From assembly GCA_043228905.1 (NCBI GenBank), contig JBHGNT010000009.1, positions 5,518,001-5,582,000 on the forward strand: 64,000 nt of DNA, in the 5' to 3' direction. The notes beneath the pieces were generated by a model. It worked only from the letters and a program-made list of their open reading frames with translations, ran no database searches and was not told where the DNA came from. Each line of letters starts with the position of its first letter. The first letter of the stretch is position 1. The position numbers and the translations under genes are program-made. Source of the DNA: Azolla caroliniana (Eukaryota; Plantae; Polypodiophyta). Positions 37,166 to 48,565 of this stretch are shown piece by piece.

Positions 37166-37514
37166 TTCAATGGTCTCTCTCTCTCTCTCTCTCTCTCCTT
37201 AAGCTAAACCTCTCTAATACATATGCTATCTCCTTAAGCCAAACCTCTCTAATTAATACATGTGTTATTTCCTTAATTTCTCTCATTAGCTCATTATAGT
37301 CTCTTAAGGCTTACTTGATCTTTGTAATTTCTGCATGATCTTGAGTGGATGTGTATATGTTAGCAGTTGCATATGCAAGATTTGGTTGATAATATTTCTC
37401 GTATGATTTCTTGATGTTTTCTTTGTATGTTTGATTTTGAAGTGATTACACATCGAAGTTAAATTGTTAAGGTTAAGGTTAAGAGTTATTAAGATAGTTT
37501 GCTATTAACACTGG

Positions 37515-38414
37515 TGTCATGCCTTTTGGCTCCGGATCGTTGCGTGAGTCGGGTGGGAACTGCTGGGGTTTTGGACTAGGAAGAGGAAGAATTTGAGACG
37601 AGTTTGGTTATGAATAGATAGAAAGATAGGTAAGTTATGAATCTCGTGAATCCCACGAGTTTAGTGTATTTAATCAATATTTAGATAGTAAGAGACAATT
37701 TTGATCACAAATTTGTGAATCCCACGAATATATTATATTAATTGGTGTTTTAGGAAATATATCCAATTTCCAAATATTCCACCCCCCCCCCCATTACATT
37801 GTGCTCCTCATCCTTATATAGTGATGAGAGAGTCTTCCCAATACATGCTTTTTCTCTAACTATAGACTATATGCTTTATCTAACATGCTTTTTCTAACTT
37901 TAGTTTTCACGCACACTGCATGTGCATGATTAGCTTTCTATCCCATCTTTTCTTTTAACTCGAGTGTGTATGCATGAATAACTTTTTGTACCATGCATAT
38001 CTAGAATATTTGCATGGGATAAAGTTTAGTATAACTTTACAATTCACAATATGCTAGTATAGTAGTAAGGCTTAAAATTTGTTAACATGGAGGTATAGGG
38101 TTCGAATCTTGCCCTATGCATATAATATATATTCGTATACTTTCCTCTATTTACAAATATGTCTCTTTATCCGGTTCTCACCGGGTCTGCTTCATCCGGT
38201 TCTCACCGGTTTTCTTTATCTGGTTCTTACCGAGTCCTCCTTACCGGTCCTCTTCGTCCGTTACTCACCGACTCTCACCGGCCTTCTTCATCCGGCTCTT
38301 GCCTTCATCTGGTTCTAATCGGTCCTCCTTACCGGTTCTTCCTTGCCGATTTCTCCTTCATCCGTAGGAACGAAAATGCAATTTTTCACGTAGTATATGA
38401 AATACACTACGACA
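37515..38414 (-). mobile_element. Single Phygy-like LTR (900 bp) without a matching TSD, probably recombinant
   Basis: TGTCATGCC...CTACGACA; homologous to the LTRs at 42811, 45587 and 59120. Flanks CTGG and ACGG differ. Contains a CCGGTTCT-type mini-satellite at 38170-38365. Confidence 0.88.
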
Positions 38415-38430
38415 ACGGCAAAAGAGCGAA

Positions 38431-40977
38431 GTGTTCGGAGACTTCCAAAAATTCAAGAATGAAGTCGAGAAAGCCACGGGCCGACATGTACAATGTCTCC
38501 GATCGGATGGCGGCAAGGAGTACTTCTTGGACGATTTCACGGTGTATCTCCGAAAGGAAGGAATTCGGCGAGAATTCACTTGTCGACACACTCCACAACA
38601 AAACGGAGTAGCCGAGCGCAAAAATCGGCACATCCTCGAAGTAGCGCGGGCCATGATGAACGAGAAGCATATGCCCAAGTCATATTGGGCTGAAGCTGCA
38701 AATATGGCCGTCTACCTAATGAACCGATGCACAACATCTGGAGTGCATGAGGTCACTTCGCACGAAAAATACTTCGGAAAGAAGCCGGACTTATCGCACA
38801 CCCGGATATTCGGCGCGATAGTATACGTGCACATACCCAACGAAAAGCTGCAAAAGCTAGATCCAAAGTTGGAGAAATGTATCCTCGTAGGATACTCACT
38901 AGAGCAAAAGGGGTACAAGTGCTACAACCCCTCAACTCGAAAATCTCGAGTAAGTCGAGATGTCGTTTTTGACGAGTCCGCATCCTGGTACGCACCAGAG
39001 ACAACTTCGACTCCGATTCCGCTCGACCCGGAATCCGCCGAACAAGAGATAGAGGATGAAGATCGCCTTACGCGAATGTTTGAAGAAAGTCCGATCATGA
39101 CCCGACTGAGCGAACCACAAGAGCCTTTGAGCGATCAAAGCACATCACGACCTAGCTTGAAGATGGACAAAGGCAAGGCGAAAATGTCGGAATACGAAGA
39201 CGATCGCTTCGACGATGATGAGTCGACTCACTCACTTGACAGTGAGTTCGACGGTTTCGATGTACCAATCGGAGCTAAGAAAGCCCTCATCTCTACAAAT
39301 GAAAAGCTTCATCGCTCCACCCGTGAAAAGAATTCGGTCAGCCGATTCGGCTACAATGACTACATGGCATATCACTATGCCTTTATGATGAAGGTGGCGA
39401 TAGTACGTGAGCCGGAAACATTTTCTGAAGCAGCCAAGGATCTGCGATGGATCGATGCCATGAACGAGGAGATGCAGGCACTACGCAAGAACAAGACATG
39501 GGATCTCGTTCCCACCTCAACACACAAAAAGGTGATCGGATGCAGATGGATTTACAAAGTGAAGTACAACGCCGACGGTTCCATCAACCACTACAAAGCG
39601 CGACTCGTAGCGAAATGCTACGCACAAACGCACGAAGTTGACTACGAAGAGACCTTTGCCCCGATGGCAAAGATGACGACGGTACGGACCGTAATTGCGC
39701 TTGCCGCGGCGAAAGGGTGGCACCTCCATCAAATGGACATCAAGAACGCCTTTCTACAAGGCGACTTAGAAGAGGAGGTGTACATGATACAACCACCTGA
39801 CTTCAACTCGAGCACCTATCCGAAAGCTGTTTGCCGACTCAAGAAGCCACTATACGGACTCAAGCAAGCACCGCGTGCTTGGCATTCGAAGATAATGCAA
39901 TATCTTCATCAAATCGGCTTCCGTATGTCAAAATCGGACAACTCCCTCTCCATACAAAGCGATTCCGCAAGTCCGATCGTCATCATCTTATATGTGGATG
40001 ACCTAGTCATTGGAGGTGAGCATCTCATCGAAATCAATAAGGTCAAATCCCTCCTTTCCGACAAGTTCGAGATGATGGACATGAAGGAGCTCCACTACTT
40101 CCTCGGCATCGAGGTAATTTAGACTCCGGCCGGAATCATGATCTCTCAACGACACTACATCCTCAACTTGTTATACAAGTTTGGTATGGCTGGGTGCAAA
40201 TCCACGGGAACCCCGCTCGATCGCAATCTCAAACTAAATTCGAACTCCGGCACCAAAGCGTGTGAGCCGACTCAGTATCGACAACTCATCGGGAGTCTCA
40301 TCTACGTCACGATCACTCAACCCGATCTTAGTTATCTGGTCGGTCTCCTTAGCCAATTCATGCAAGCACCGCGTGATACTCACTTGGATTGCGCTAAGCA
40401 AGCTCTACGATACGTTAGCGGCACAATGGATTGCGAAATCCTCTACAAGATCGCGATGCCAATACGACTCGAGGGGTACACAGATGCCGATTGGGCCGGT
40501 TACAAAGCCGATAGAAGATCAACCTCCGGATTTGTTTTCTCCCTCGGTAGCGGAGCAATATCGTGCAGCAGCAAAAAGCAACCAACCGTCACTCTTTCGA
40601 GCACAGAGACGGAATACATGGGTGCGTCAGTGGCCGCATGTGAAGCCGTATGGCTCAAAAGGATACTCAGGGATCTGGGCGTACCCATCAAGGATCCGAC
40701 TTCCCTTTACTGCGACAACATGAGCAATATCTATCTGGCTCGGAACCCGGTGTTCCACGCGTGGACAAAGCACATCGAAGTGCACTATCACTTCATCCGA
40801 GAGCGCGTTCTAGCTCGCGATGTCGACCTACAACACATTAGCACAAATCTTCAAACGACCGACATCTTCACTAAAGCCTTAGGAGCCGACAAGCTATGGC
40901 AATTCATGACCGATCTCAGATTGACGGTCCCTAACCTGCCAAGCTTGAGGGGGAGTACTGAAGACACTACGCAATAA
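38431..40977 (+). pseudogene. C2 pol (INT-RT-RH) with one in-frame stop at 40120-40122
   Basis: Two in-frame ORFs are separated by a TAG where C1 has CGG. Confidence 0.9.
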
Positions 40978-41191
40978 CGCGTGGATTCCGCAAACTGCGC
41001 AACGAAGCCGTGAAGAGCCGATCTACCGTGCAAAGCCACAAAGAAAGACGCAAGCTGAAGCATAGACTTCGCAACTACGCATAATGCAAGTTGGAGCACG
41101 GATTCCACAAGTCGACACGGACTCCGGAACGCGAGTCGAAGCGGATTTCGGATACTGTCTGAAACCGACCCGACTTGAGCTTGAGGGTGCG

Positions 41192-41543
41192 TGTTGAGAA
41201 TCAAGCTCAACTTGGTCTAGTGTGTGAACTCACCTTGAGAGTGAATAGACACTCCAATGGTCAAGAGTCACCATTATGTCACCACTTTGTATTCTAGCAT
41301 TTAGTATGAGTCATAGAATTATATTCTATGACACATAACTTATGAGCTTTCACATTCCCCATGCTCCATGAGTCTTGTAGTTAATGAAGAGAGAGGGTGA
41401 CTATATAAAGCACCCTCCTCCAACCTTGTATAATGTTGAGTCTTTCTCCTTTGTTAATATACTTTACTTTGCGTATTCTCTGTGTCTTACTCCTCGTCTC
41501 TCTCACTCTCTCTCTACACAAGAATCATACCCGATTCTTTACA
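41192..41543 (+). repeat. 3' LTR of copia C2
   Basis: TGTTGAGAATC...TTCTTTACA; homologous to 1925-2321. Confidence 0.87.
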
Positions 41544-42125
41544 CCATCGAATTTATCTGGCAAGCTAATATTGGGTTCTGTCGTAGAAAGGTCAATAATC
41601 GGGTGAGGTATGACCGTTGTGGCTGCTTGAAGTGCTTGGACGGAGTTTTGCAAGTTGGCATTCTCATGTTGGAGTTGTTGCAAGACCACCAAAATTTGCT
41701 CAAGTTTACTAGATGATTCTAACATGATAGTGTATTGAGAACGAAGAAGAAGAAGGAAGGAAATCAATTTGTCATGAATGAACAATTGGAAGATAAAGAG
41801 ATGGGGAAGTTGATGACAATGAGTAAGAATATCTATTCCATGACTGTTGTTGATTTCCTTGATGTTAACAAGGGAGATCAACCCTTTTTATACATGTAGT
41901 GAAGCATGATAAGCATGCTCATGCCAAGTCATACATACTATAATATCAAGCATACTAATTCTTACATGCCAAGTCTTACATACTGAGTCTTACATACCGA
42001 GTCTTATATACCACTCTTTATACAAAGATTTAAAATCTAAAGTTTGTTTAGGAGAAATATATATATATATATATATATATACACATGAACCTAAGGCTAA
42101 AATTCAAGTCGATGTTCATGAGACA
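41544..42125 (-). mobile_element. Tcn1-like gypsy GB: 5' LTR (41770-42125), self-priming PBS and start of gag; inserted in the GA RT-RNase H linker
   Basis: LTR TGTC...GACA. PBS 41757-41767 is complementary to 41850-41860. gag MLESSSKLEQIL...EPNISLPDKFDG is cut by C2. The host resumes with AFTSAPILAH(V). Confidence 0.82.
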
Positions 42126-43425
42126 ACATGAGCTAGAATAGGAGCTGATGTAAATGCCTTCTTAAGACTCTCAAAAGCCATGTAATACTATGCTTCTTTA
42201 GACCAAACGAACAATTGTCCCTTCATAGTAAGCCGTGTGAGAGGCAGAACAAGCTTTGAGTAATCCTGTATAAACTTTCGGTAGAAATTAGCAAAGCCTA
42301 AAAAGCATTGCACATCTCGCAACAAACGCGGAGTTTGCCACTCTACCACCGTTTTGACCTTAGCTAGATCCATGGAGATGACTTTCGAGGAAATGACATA
42401 GCCTAGAAATTCTACCTGGTTGCCCCCGAAACTACATTTTTCTAGCTTTGCATAAAGACCATGTTCTCGAAGTCATTTTAGTGCTAACAGTACATGTGAA
42501 TCATGGTCTTCTTGGGTCTTCGAATAAACCAATAGACCATCCAAATAGATGATCAAACAAACATCCAAGAGATCTCAGAATATATCATTTGCCATGTGTT
42601 GGAAGACTGTTGGCGCATTAGTGAGGCCGAATGGCATGACCGTATACTCGAAGTGCCCATATCTGGTGCAAAACGTGGTCTTCCATTCATCTCTTGGTCG
42701 GATCCGTACAAGGTTATATGCTCCTCATAAGTCGATCTTTGTGAAGAACCTTGCGCCATTGACCCGCTCTAAAAGACTTGAGATAAGGGGAAGTGCACAC
42801 CTATTCCCGATGTTGTGCCTTTCGGCTCCGGATCGTTGCGTGAGTCGGGTGGGAACCACTGGGGTTTTGGACTAGGAGAAAGAAGAATATGAGATGAGGC
42901 TAGTAATGAATAGATTATTAGAAAGAGAGATAGAAATTTCGTGAATCCCACGAGTGTATTTTATTCGATTAATCAATATTTAGATAAGAATATGTATTTA
43001 GATTGAAAGAAAGATATAAGAAACTTGTGAATCCCACAAGTATAGATTATATTATTTTCGTGAATCCCACGATTATATTAATCGGTTGGTGTTTTCGGAA
43101 ATATATCCAATTTCCAAATATTTCACACGCCTATTACATTGTGCTCCCCATCCTTATGTAGTGATGGGAGAGACTAAGCATAGCTACATGCTTTTTTTCT
43201 AATATGTTCATGCACACTAAATGTGCATGTGATGCTTTTCTAATCCTTGCTTTTATTTGCTAAATATAGTGCTCATGCACGCTAGATGTGCATGAGTCAC
43301 TTTTTAGTTGCTTGCGTTTTTCTATAAAATATTCACGCACTCTAAAAATGCATGGTTTACCTTTTAATAAAGGTAGGCGCAAATAAAGCACTTATAGTTA
43401 TTAAATCTATTTATAAAACACTAAA

Positions 43426-43497
43426 GATAAGGTAGCATAATGGTAAAGTTGAGGTTTGGCTACGTGGAGGTACAGGGTTCGAATCCTGCTCTATGCA
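43426..43497 (+). promoter_or_regulatory. tRNA-like Pol III A-box/B-box cassette within the P2 LTR (also at ~46202-46273)
   Basis: TAGCATAATGGTAAAG at 43433 and GGTTCGAATCC at 43476-43486, with tRNA-gene spacing. Confidence 0.65.
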
Positions 43498-43550
43498 TGT
43501 GATAAATATCTTGATATATTATTTTATTTATTTATATGTAATTAAATCGG

Positions 43551-45548
43551 TTATATTATTTTTACTTTTTCACGTAGTGTACGAAATACACTACGACACT
43601 CGCCCCCTCCGAACCCGCACATCCTCCGGTATGTGCCGAAGTTGCCGATGCTCGTTGTCTCCCCTTCATCCTCCGTTTGTCCCGCTATGTCAACTTTGTC
43701 TCTCCATTTTGAGTAGACCCATTCTTTCCACCCGAACCATTGTTGCCATCCGATCCACCATATTCTTTGTTCTCTCTCGTCATATTCTTGGCCCTTGTCA
43801 TTCGTGGTAGTGTCTTTTACTGGCCTCTTTGTTGTCTTCATCAACCTTGACTTTTTTCCAGATCGCTCTCGTCCGATCGACTTTCGGTTTGATCGGCTTC
43901 CGATCGGATTCGTATTCGGCCGAATCGGAATCGGTTGTTCGGTTTCGATTGAGTCGGTCCCCTTCCGGCCCGGTTTCGATCTATCGGTTTTGGTTTCGGT
44001 TGGCTTTCTTTTCCTCGTTTTCACCAGCCTTGACCGGTCCAACCTCCGATTGAGTCGGATTAGCTTCTGTCCGATCGGCTTTCGGCTAGGTCGGCTTCCA
44101 TCCATATTCGCGTTCAGCCAAGTCAGACTCAGCCGATCGGTTTTGACCAAGTCGACCCCTTTTCGGGTCGGCTTTCTTTCGGGTCGTCTTTCGGCCGAAT
44201 CCTCATTCGCCCGATTCAGCTTTCGTTTGTGTCGTCTTTTGGCCGAATTCTCTTCCTTTCGGTTCGGCTTTCTTTCGGATCGGAATCCCGTCCGGATCAC
44301 CTTCCATCCTAACTGGCTTCCGACTTTACCTTTCTTGCCGCCACCTCCCGTCTCTCCGGTCTCACGTTGCTTCTTAGACACAACCGCCGAAGTCTCTAGG
44401 ATTAGTGGACAGGAATCCTCGGTATTATCATCTTCCATTGTTTCACCCATAGCCATATTCTCGGCTATCTCTCCGTCGTATGCATCGACTTCGACCTTTG
44501 TTTTCTCTCCGCCACCTTCCGTCTCTTCGGTCTCACGTTGCCTTTCGAACGCAACCGCCGGAGTCTCTAGAATCAGTGGTGGGGAAGTCTCGATATGGCC
44601 ATCCGTCGTTGATTCGTCCATAGCCACCTTCGATTCGATGTCATCTTTTGTGGCGACCTCCTCAATCAAGTCCTCTTTGCTCTCTTTCACTGCATCAATT
44701 ATGCTTACCCCTTTTTCACCCGATGTTTCGGACACTTGTATTCTGAAATCTTCTTCTATACTTGGGTTATCGGCCTTATCCTTCGTCGTTGTTCTTTCGC
44801 AAGACAAGAGGGTAGCTTGCTTTACACCCTCTTCCGTCGCACCATCATGTTGTATTTCGGCCTTCATATCGGCTCCATCGTTTGTCTTCAATCGACCATC
44901 CTTCATCGGCCATGTCGTTGACAAGATTCTCATCTTCCTCTCATCATGTCTCCGGCATACCCTTTGGACTTCGGCCCAATTTTCGGTAAGACCATTCGTA
45001 CCGTCATCGTCTTCGAGTTCGATCCCGATGTCCATCCTTTCTTTTCGATCGATCGATTTTACGAACATTAGGACTTTATCCTCTCCCACCAACCGTTGTT
45101 CTCGCTCCGAGAGTCGAGCAAAACGATTCTCGAACTCTAGGAATGCTTGTGTTGCACTTCGGTGGGTCTTCTCCGATGCCACCCATTCGTCGAATTTTCG
45201 CCGATCTTGTCCCTTTGATCTCTTGTAATCATATGCCTCTCGTAAAGCTTCTTCGAATGACCCCCATGTCGAGTTTTGTTGCCGTATCTTGTGGATTCTC
45301 TCTTGTAGCTCATCCGTGGCCACCCGATTGAAGGATGTCACTTGCAATCCTTCCGGTATCCCACATCGTATCATCTCCGCCTTGTAGTCACGTAGATAGC
45401 GTGACACATCATTTCCGTTGAATTGTCCGTTTCGTTGTACGAGCCGCTTTACTGCCCCCGTGATCTCCGACATCACTCGTTGTTCTTGTAGCATCCGCTC
45501 GAACATCATCATCATCGTTATGCTCATTGCCTCTTGTTGATTCTCCAT
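43551..45548 (-). CDS. gag: Intact ~665-aa Gag-derived protein (Gag N-terminal half plus acidic, basic and Trp-rich extension)
   Basis: ATG (MENQQEAM) 17 nt after the PBS. The N-terminus closely matches P3 gag (FNGxDVSRYLRDYKAEMxRCGIxEGLQVTSFN). The frame stays open through the PPT into the 3' LTR. Confidence 0.8.
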   Translation of the reverse strand: MENQQEAMSITMMMMFERMLQEQRVMSEITGAVKRLVQRNGQFNGNDVSRYLRDYKAEMIRCGIPEGLQVTSFNRVATDELQERIHKIRQQNSTWGSFEEALREAYDYKRSKGQDRRKFDEWVASEKTHRSATQAFLEFENRFARLSEREQRLVGEDKVLMFVKSIDRKERMDIGIELEDDDGTNGLTENWAEVQRVCRRHDERKMRILSTTWPMKDGRLKTNDGADMKAEIQHDGATEEGVKQATLLSCERTTTKDKADNPSIEEDFRIQVSETSGEKGVSIIDAVKESKEDLIEEVATKDDIESKVAMDESTTDGHIETSPPLILETPAVAFERQRETEETEGGGEKTKVEVDAYDGEIAENMAMGETMEDDNTEDSCPLILETSAVVSKKQRETGETGGGGKKGKVGSQLGWKVIRTGFRSERKPNRKEENSAKRRHKRKLNRANEDSAERRPERKPTRKGVDLVKTDRLSLTWLNANMDGSRPSRKPIGQKLIRLNRRLDRSRLVKTRKRKPTETKTDRSKPGRKGTDSIETEQPIPIRPNTNPIGSRSNRKSIGRERSGKKSRLMKTTKRPVKDTTTNDKGQEYDEREQRIWWIGWQQWFGWKEWVYSKWRDKVDIAGQTEDEGETTSIGNFGTYRRMCGFGGGECRSVFRTLREKVKII

Positions 45549-45564
45549 CTCCTTGCCACCCGCC

Positions 45565-45582
45565 TTCACGTCGGGTTCACCA
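45565..45582 (-). other. tRNA-Trp primer binding site of P2
   Basis: TGGTGAACCCGACGTGAA, 4 nt from the LTR end. Confidence 0.88.
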
Positions 45583-48565
45583 ACTGTGTTGTGCCTTTCG
45601 GCTCCGGATCGTTGTGTGAGTCGGGTGGGAACCACTGGGGTTTTGGACTAGGAGAAAGAAGAATATGAGATGAGGCTAGTAATGAATAGATTATTAGAAA
45701 GAGAGATAGAAATTTCGTGAATCCCACGAGTGTATTTTATTCGATTAATCAATATTTAGATAAGAATATGTATTTAGATTGAAAGAAAGATATAAGAAAC
45801 TTGTGAATCCCACAAGTATAGATTATATTATTTTCGTGAATCCCACGATTATATTAATCAGTTGGTGTTTTCGGAAATATATCCAATTTCCAAATATTTC
45901 ACACGCCTATTACATTGTGCTCCCCATCCTTATGTAGTGATGGGAGAGACTAAGCATAGCTACATGCTTTTTTTCTAATATGTTCATGCACACTAAATGT
46001 GCATGTGATGCTTTTCTAATCCTTGCTTTTATTTGCTAAATATAGTGCTCATGCACGCTAGATGTGCATGAGTCACTTTTTAGTTGCTTGCGTTTTTCTA
46101 TAAAATATTCACGCACTCTAAAAATGCATGGTTTACCTTTTAATAAAGGTAGGCGCAAATAAAGCACTTATAGTTATTAAATCTATTTATAGAACACTAA
46201 AGATAAGGTAGCATAATGGTAAAGTTGAGGTTTGGCTACGTGGAGGTACAGGGTTCGAATCTTGCCCTATGCACGTGATAAATATCTTGATATATTATTT
46301 TATTTATTTATATGTAATTAAATCGGTTATAGTATTTTTACTTTTTCACGTAGTGTACGAAATACACTACGACACCGATGATGACCCTATTCAAGCCACG
46401 ATAATCTACAACGAGACGAAGTGATCCATCTTTTTTCTTGACGAAGAAAATCGGTGCGCCGGTTGGAGATTTCGAATGTCGAATGAAACCATTTGCCAAA
46501 TTCTCCTCTATATAGGCTTGAAGGACTTCTAGCTCGGTTGGTGACAAATTGTAGATCGGTCCCCATGGTGGCTCTTTTCCAGGTTGTAAATCGATGGGGA
46601 AATCATACGGTCGATGGTGAGGAAGCGTATTGGCTTGTACTTTATCGAACACATCGGCATAATGACGATACTTCTCTAGAAGTTGAACGGTGGACTCCTC
46701 TTTAGTGGTGTTGGAGGATTTTACTGATACTGCGAAGAGAAACATTTCTTCCTTGTGTCCTTCCTCACGCAACTGATGTAGCGAAATGGTTGCAATCTTA
46801 TGAGTAGATCCTCGAGTTTGTTGATACCGGATTTCTCTTGTTCTCCAATCTATGTCTGGGTTATGTAATTCGAACCATGGTAATCCCAAAACAATGGGAT
46901 GTTTTGGGATATTAATTATATTAAATGATACTACACACGCAAAATTATCTAGGACAATATTAACGGGCTCTGACTCTTCTATGATATTTCCAAAAGCAAT
47001 GGAACGACCATAAATGACTACTATAGAGACTGGACACGGGAGTTTTCTTAGGGAAATCTGATGAGCTTGGGCAAAATTCCTATCCATGGAGCAAGAATTA
47101 GCTATGGAATCTAGGAGTGCTGAGACATGTACTGGAGAGGTACTTTTAGTACTAATTGTACTTGGGGTAAGAACACATTGCTAAATTGCTTAGAGGGAAT
47201 GGAACCACTAATGGGTTGCATAGATCTAGGGCTGTCCAACCAAACGGTTCCTATTTTGGCTGGACTTAGTCGTTTAACTCTTCTTCTAACTGACTAAGGA
47301 CATCAAATTTATTTGATAGATTTGGGCTATTGGTACTATTAGGACTATCAGATATTCCTACTGAAATAGACTCGGGTTTAGTACAATTAGAACTAGCAAC
47401 TATTTGGTTTACCTATCTTCTTGGCCTATGGGGATAGTTCATTGCAATATGTCATGGTCCACCGCAATAAAGACATAGTCAATTTGCTCGGCGTCACTAC
47501 TTTTCTTCTTCTGATAATGGTCCGCGACGACGTGTAGTGTCAATTTCCATTGGAGTTGGAGTATTCACTAGAGACGCATTATATGACTCCCTTGGAAAAG
47601 GTTTTGCTACCATTGAGGCGTAAGTGGGCTCTGATCTTGCCCTTGGCATCTAGAATTGACATTCCGAACGTCAATCGAAAAGACGGTTGTTGCATCTCAT
47701 CGCACAACTGATTGCTTCTATCAATGACTTTGGTTCTTTGGGGAAGGTCAAGAGTAAATCCTTGACATCGTTTCGTAGACCATAACGAAATTGCTCCATT
47801 AGTGCTTGGTCATCCCAGGGGATATCGGAGGTGAGTAGGCGGAAATCTGAAGCGTATGCGGAGGCTAGACGATCACCTTGACGTAATCGTCGGATTTTGT
47901 TGATTGTTGTCCTTATGATGTCAGTGTCTCCAAAACAAGCTTTAAACTCACTTAAAAACTCTTCAAAATTGTTTAGTAAAGAAGATTCCTTTTGTAACAA
48001 CGGAGCGAACCATGCCAAAGTTGAGGCACTTAACAACGTGCCTATTAAACTCACTCGTGATGCATCGGTGGGATATCGGGAAGGATGCATTTGAATGACT
48101 AATCATACCTGATTAAGGAATCCTCTAAACTACGATCGCGTTCCATCGAATTTCATGGGAAGGCCGATCTTGGGTTCTTTATGAATCCCTTGCATATTGG
48201 GTCCTTGTTGTTGCATCGTTTTTATGGTTGCTTCGAGTTGTTGCCCACGTAATGCTAGTCCCCCTAATTGTTGTTGTGTCTTCTACTTTTCTAAGGAGAT
48301 TTGTTGAAGATCCCCCAACAACCGTTGATTTTCTTGCTCCAAAGTAAGGAACTTCTCTTTCAAGCATTGTAGCTCTGAGAAAACGGATTGATATTCTTGA
48401 GCGCTAACAGTGACCATAGGATGAGAGGAAAAAGGAATAAGATATTAGTATGAAGGGAGGGAAACGTAAGAAGATAAAAGGAATAGGATGAAAGAGGTGA
48501 AAAATCGGTCCAAACTATCAGGAATAGTACCGAGATAGAGAGGAAATTAGTACTAAGAGGAAAAG

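Larger units (their letters stand above)
38415..41543 (+). mobile_element. Ty1/copia element C2, 5'-truncated (integrase core to 3' LTR), inserted in the gag of GB
   Basis: ORF 38431-40122 (LRSDGGKEY, TPQQNGVAERKNR, RT YVDD) and ORF 40138-40977 (RNase H). 3' LTR 41192-41543. Same family as C1. Confidence 0.93.
42811..46374 (-). mobile_element. Young non-autonomous gag-only Phygy-like element P2 (TR-GAG-like, 3564 bp)
   Basis: 788-bp LTRs 42811-43598 and 45587-46374 differ at only ~7-8 positions by eye. 4-bp TSD CCGA; perfect 18-nt tRNA-Trp PBS 45565-45582; PPT 43599-43610; no pol. Confidence 0.94.

Noticed and set aside
41731-42128. Alternative GB LTR boundaries (TGTATTG...CAACA)
   Set aside because: 41770-42125 gives TGTC/GACA termini, an adjacent self-priming PBS and restores the host ILAHV codons.
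43426-43497. Functional tRNA genes in the LTRs or at 35.1-36.4 kb
   Set aside because: Acceptor and anticodon stems do not pair properly; only the promoter boxes or the T-arm are retained.
43795-45228. 477-aa antisense ORF overlapping P2 gag
   Set aside because: It is codon-aligned with the sense ORF and explained by the scarcity of TTA/CTA/TCA codons in a charged, repetitive protein. No independent motif is present.
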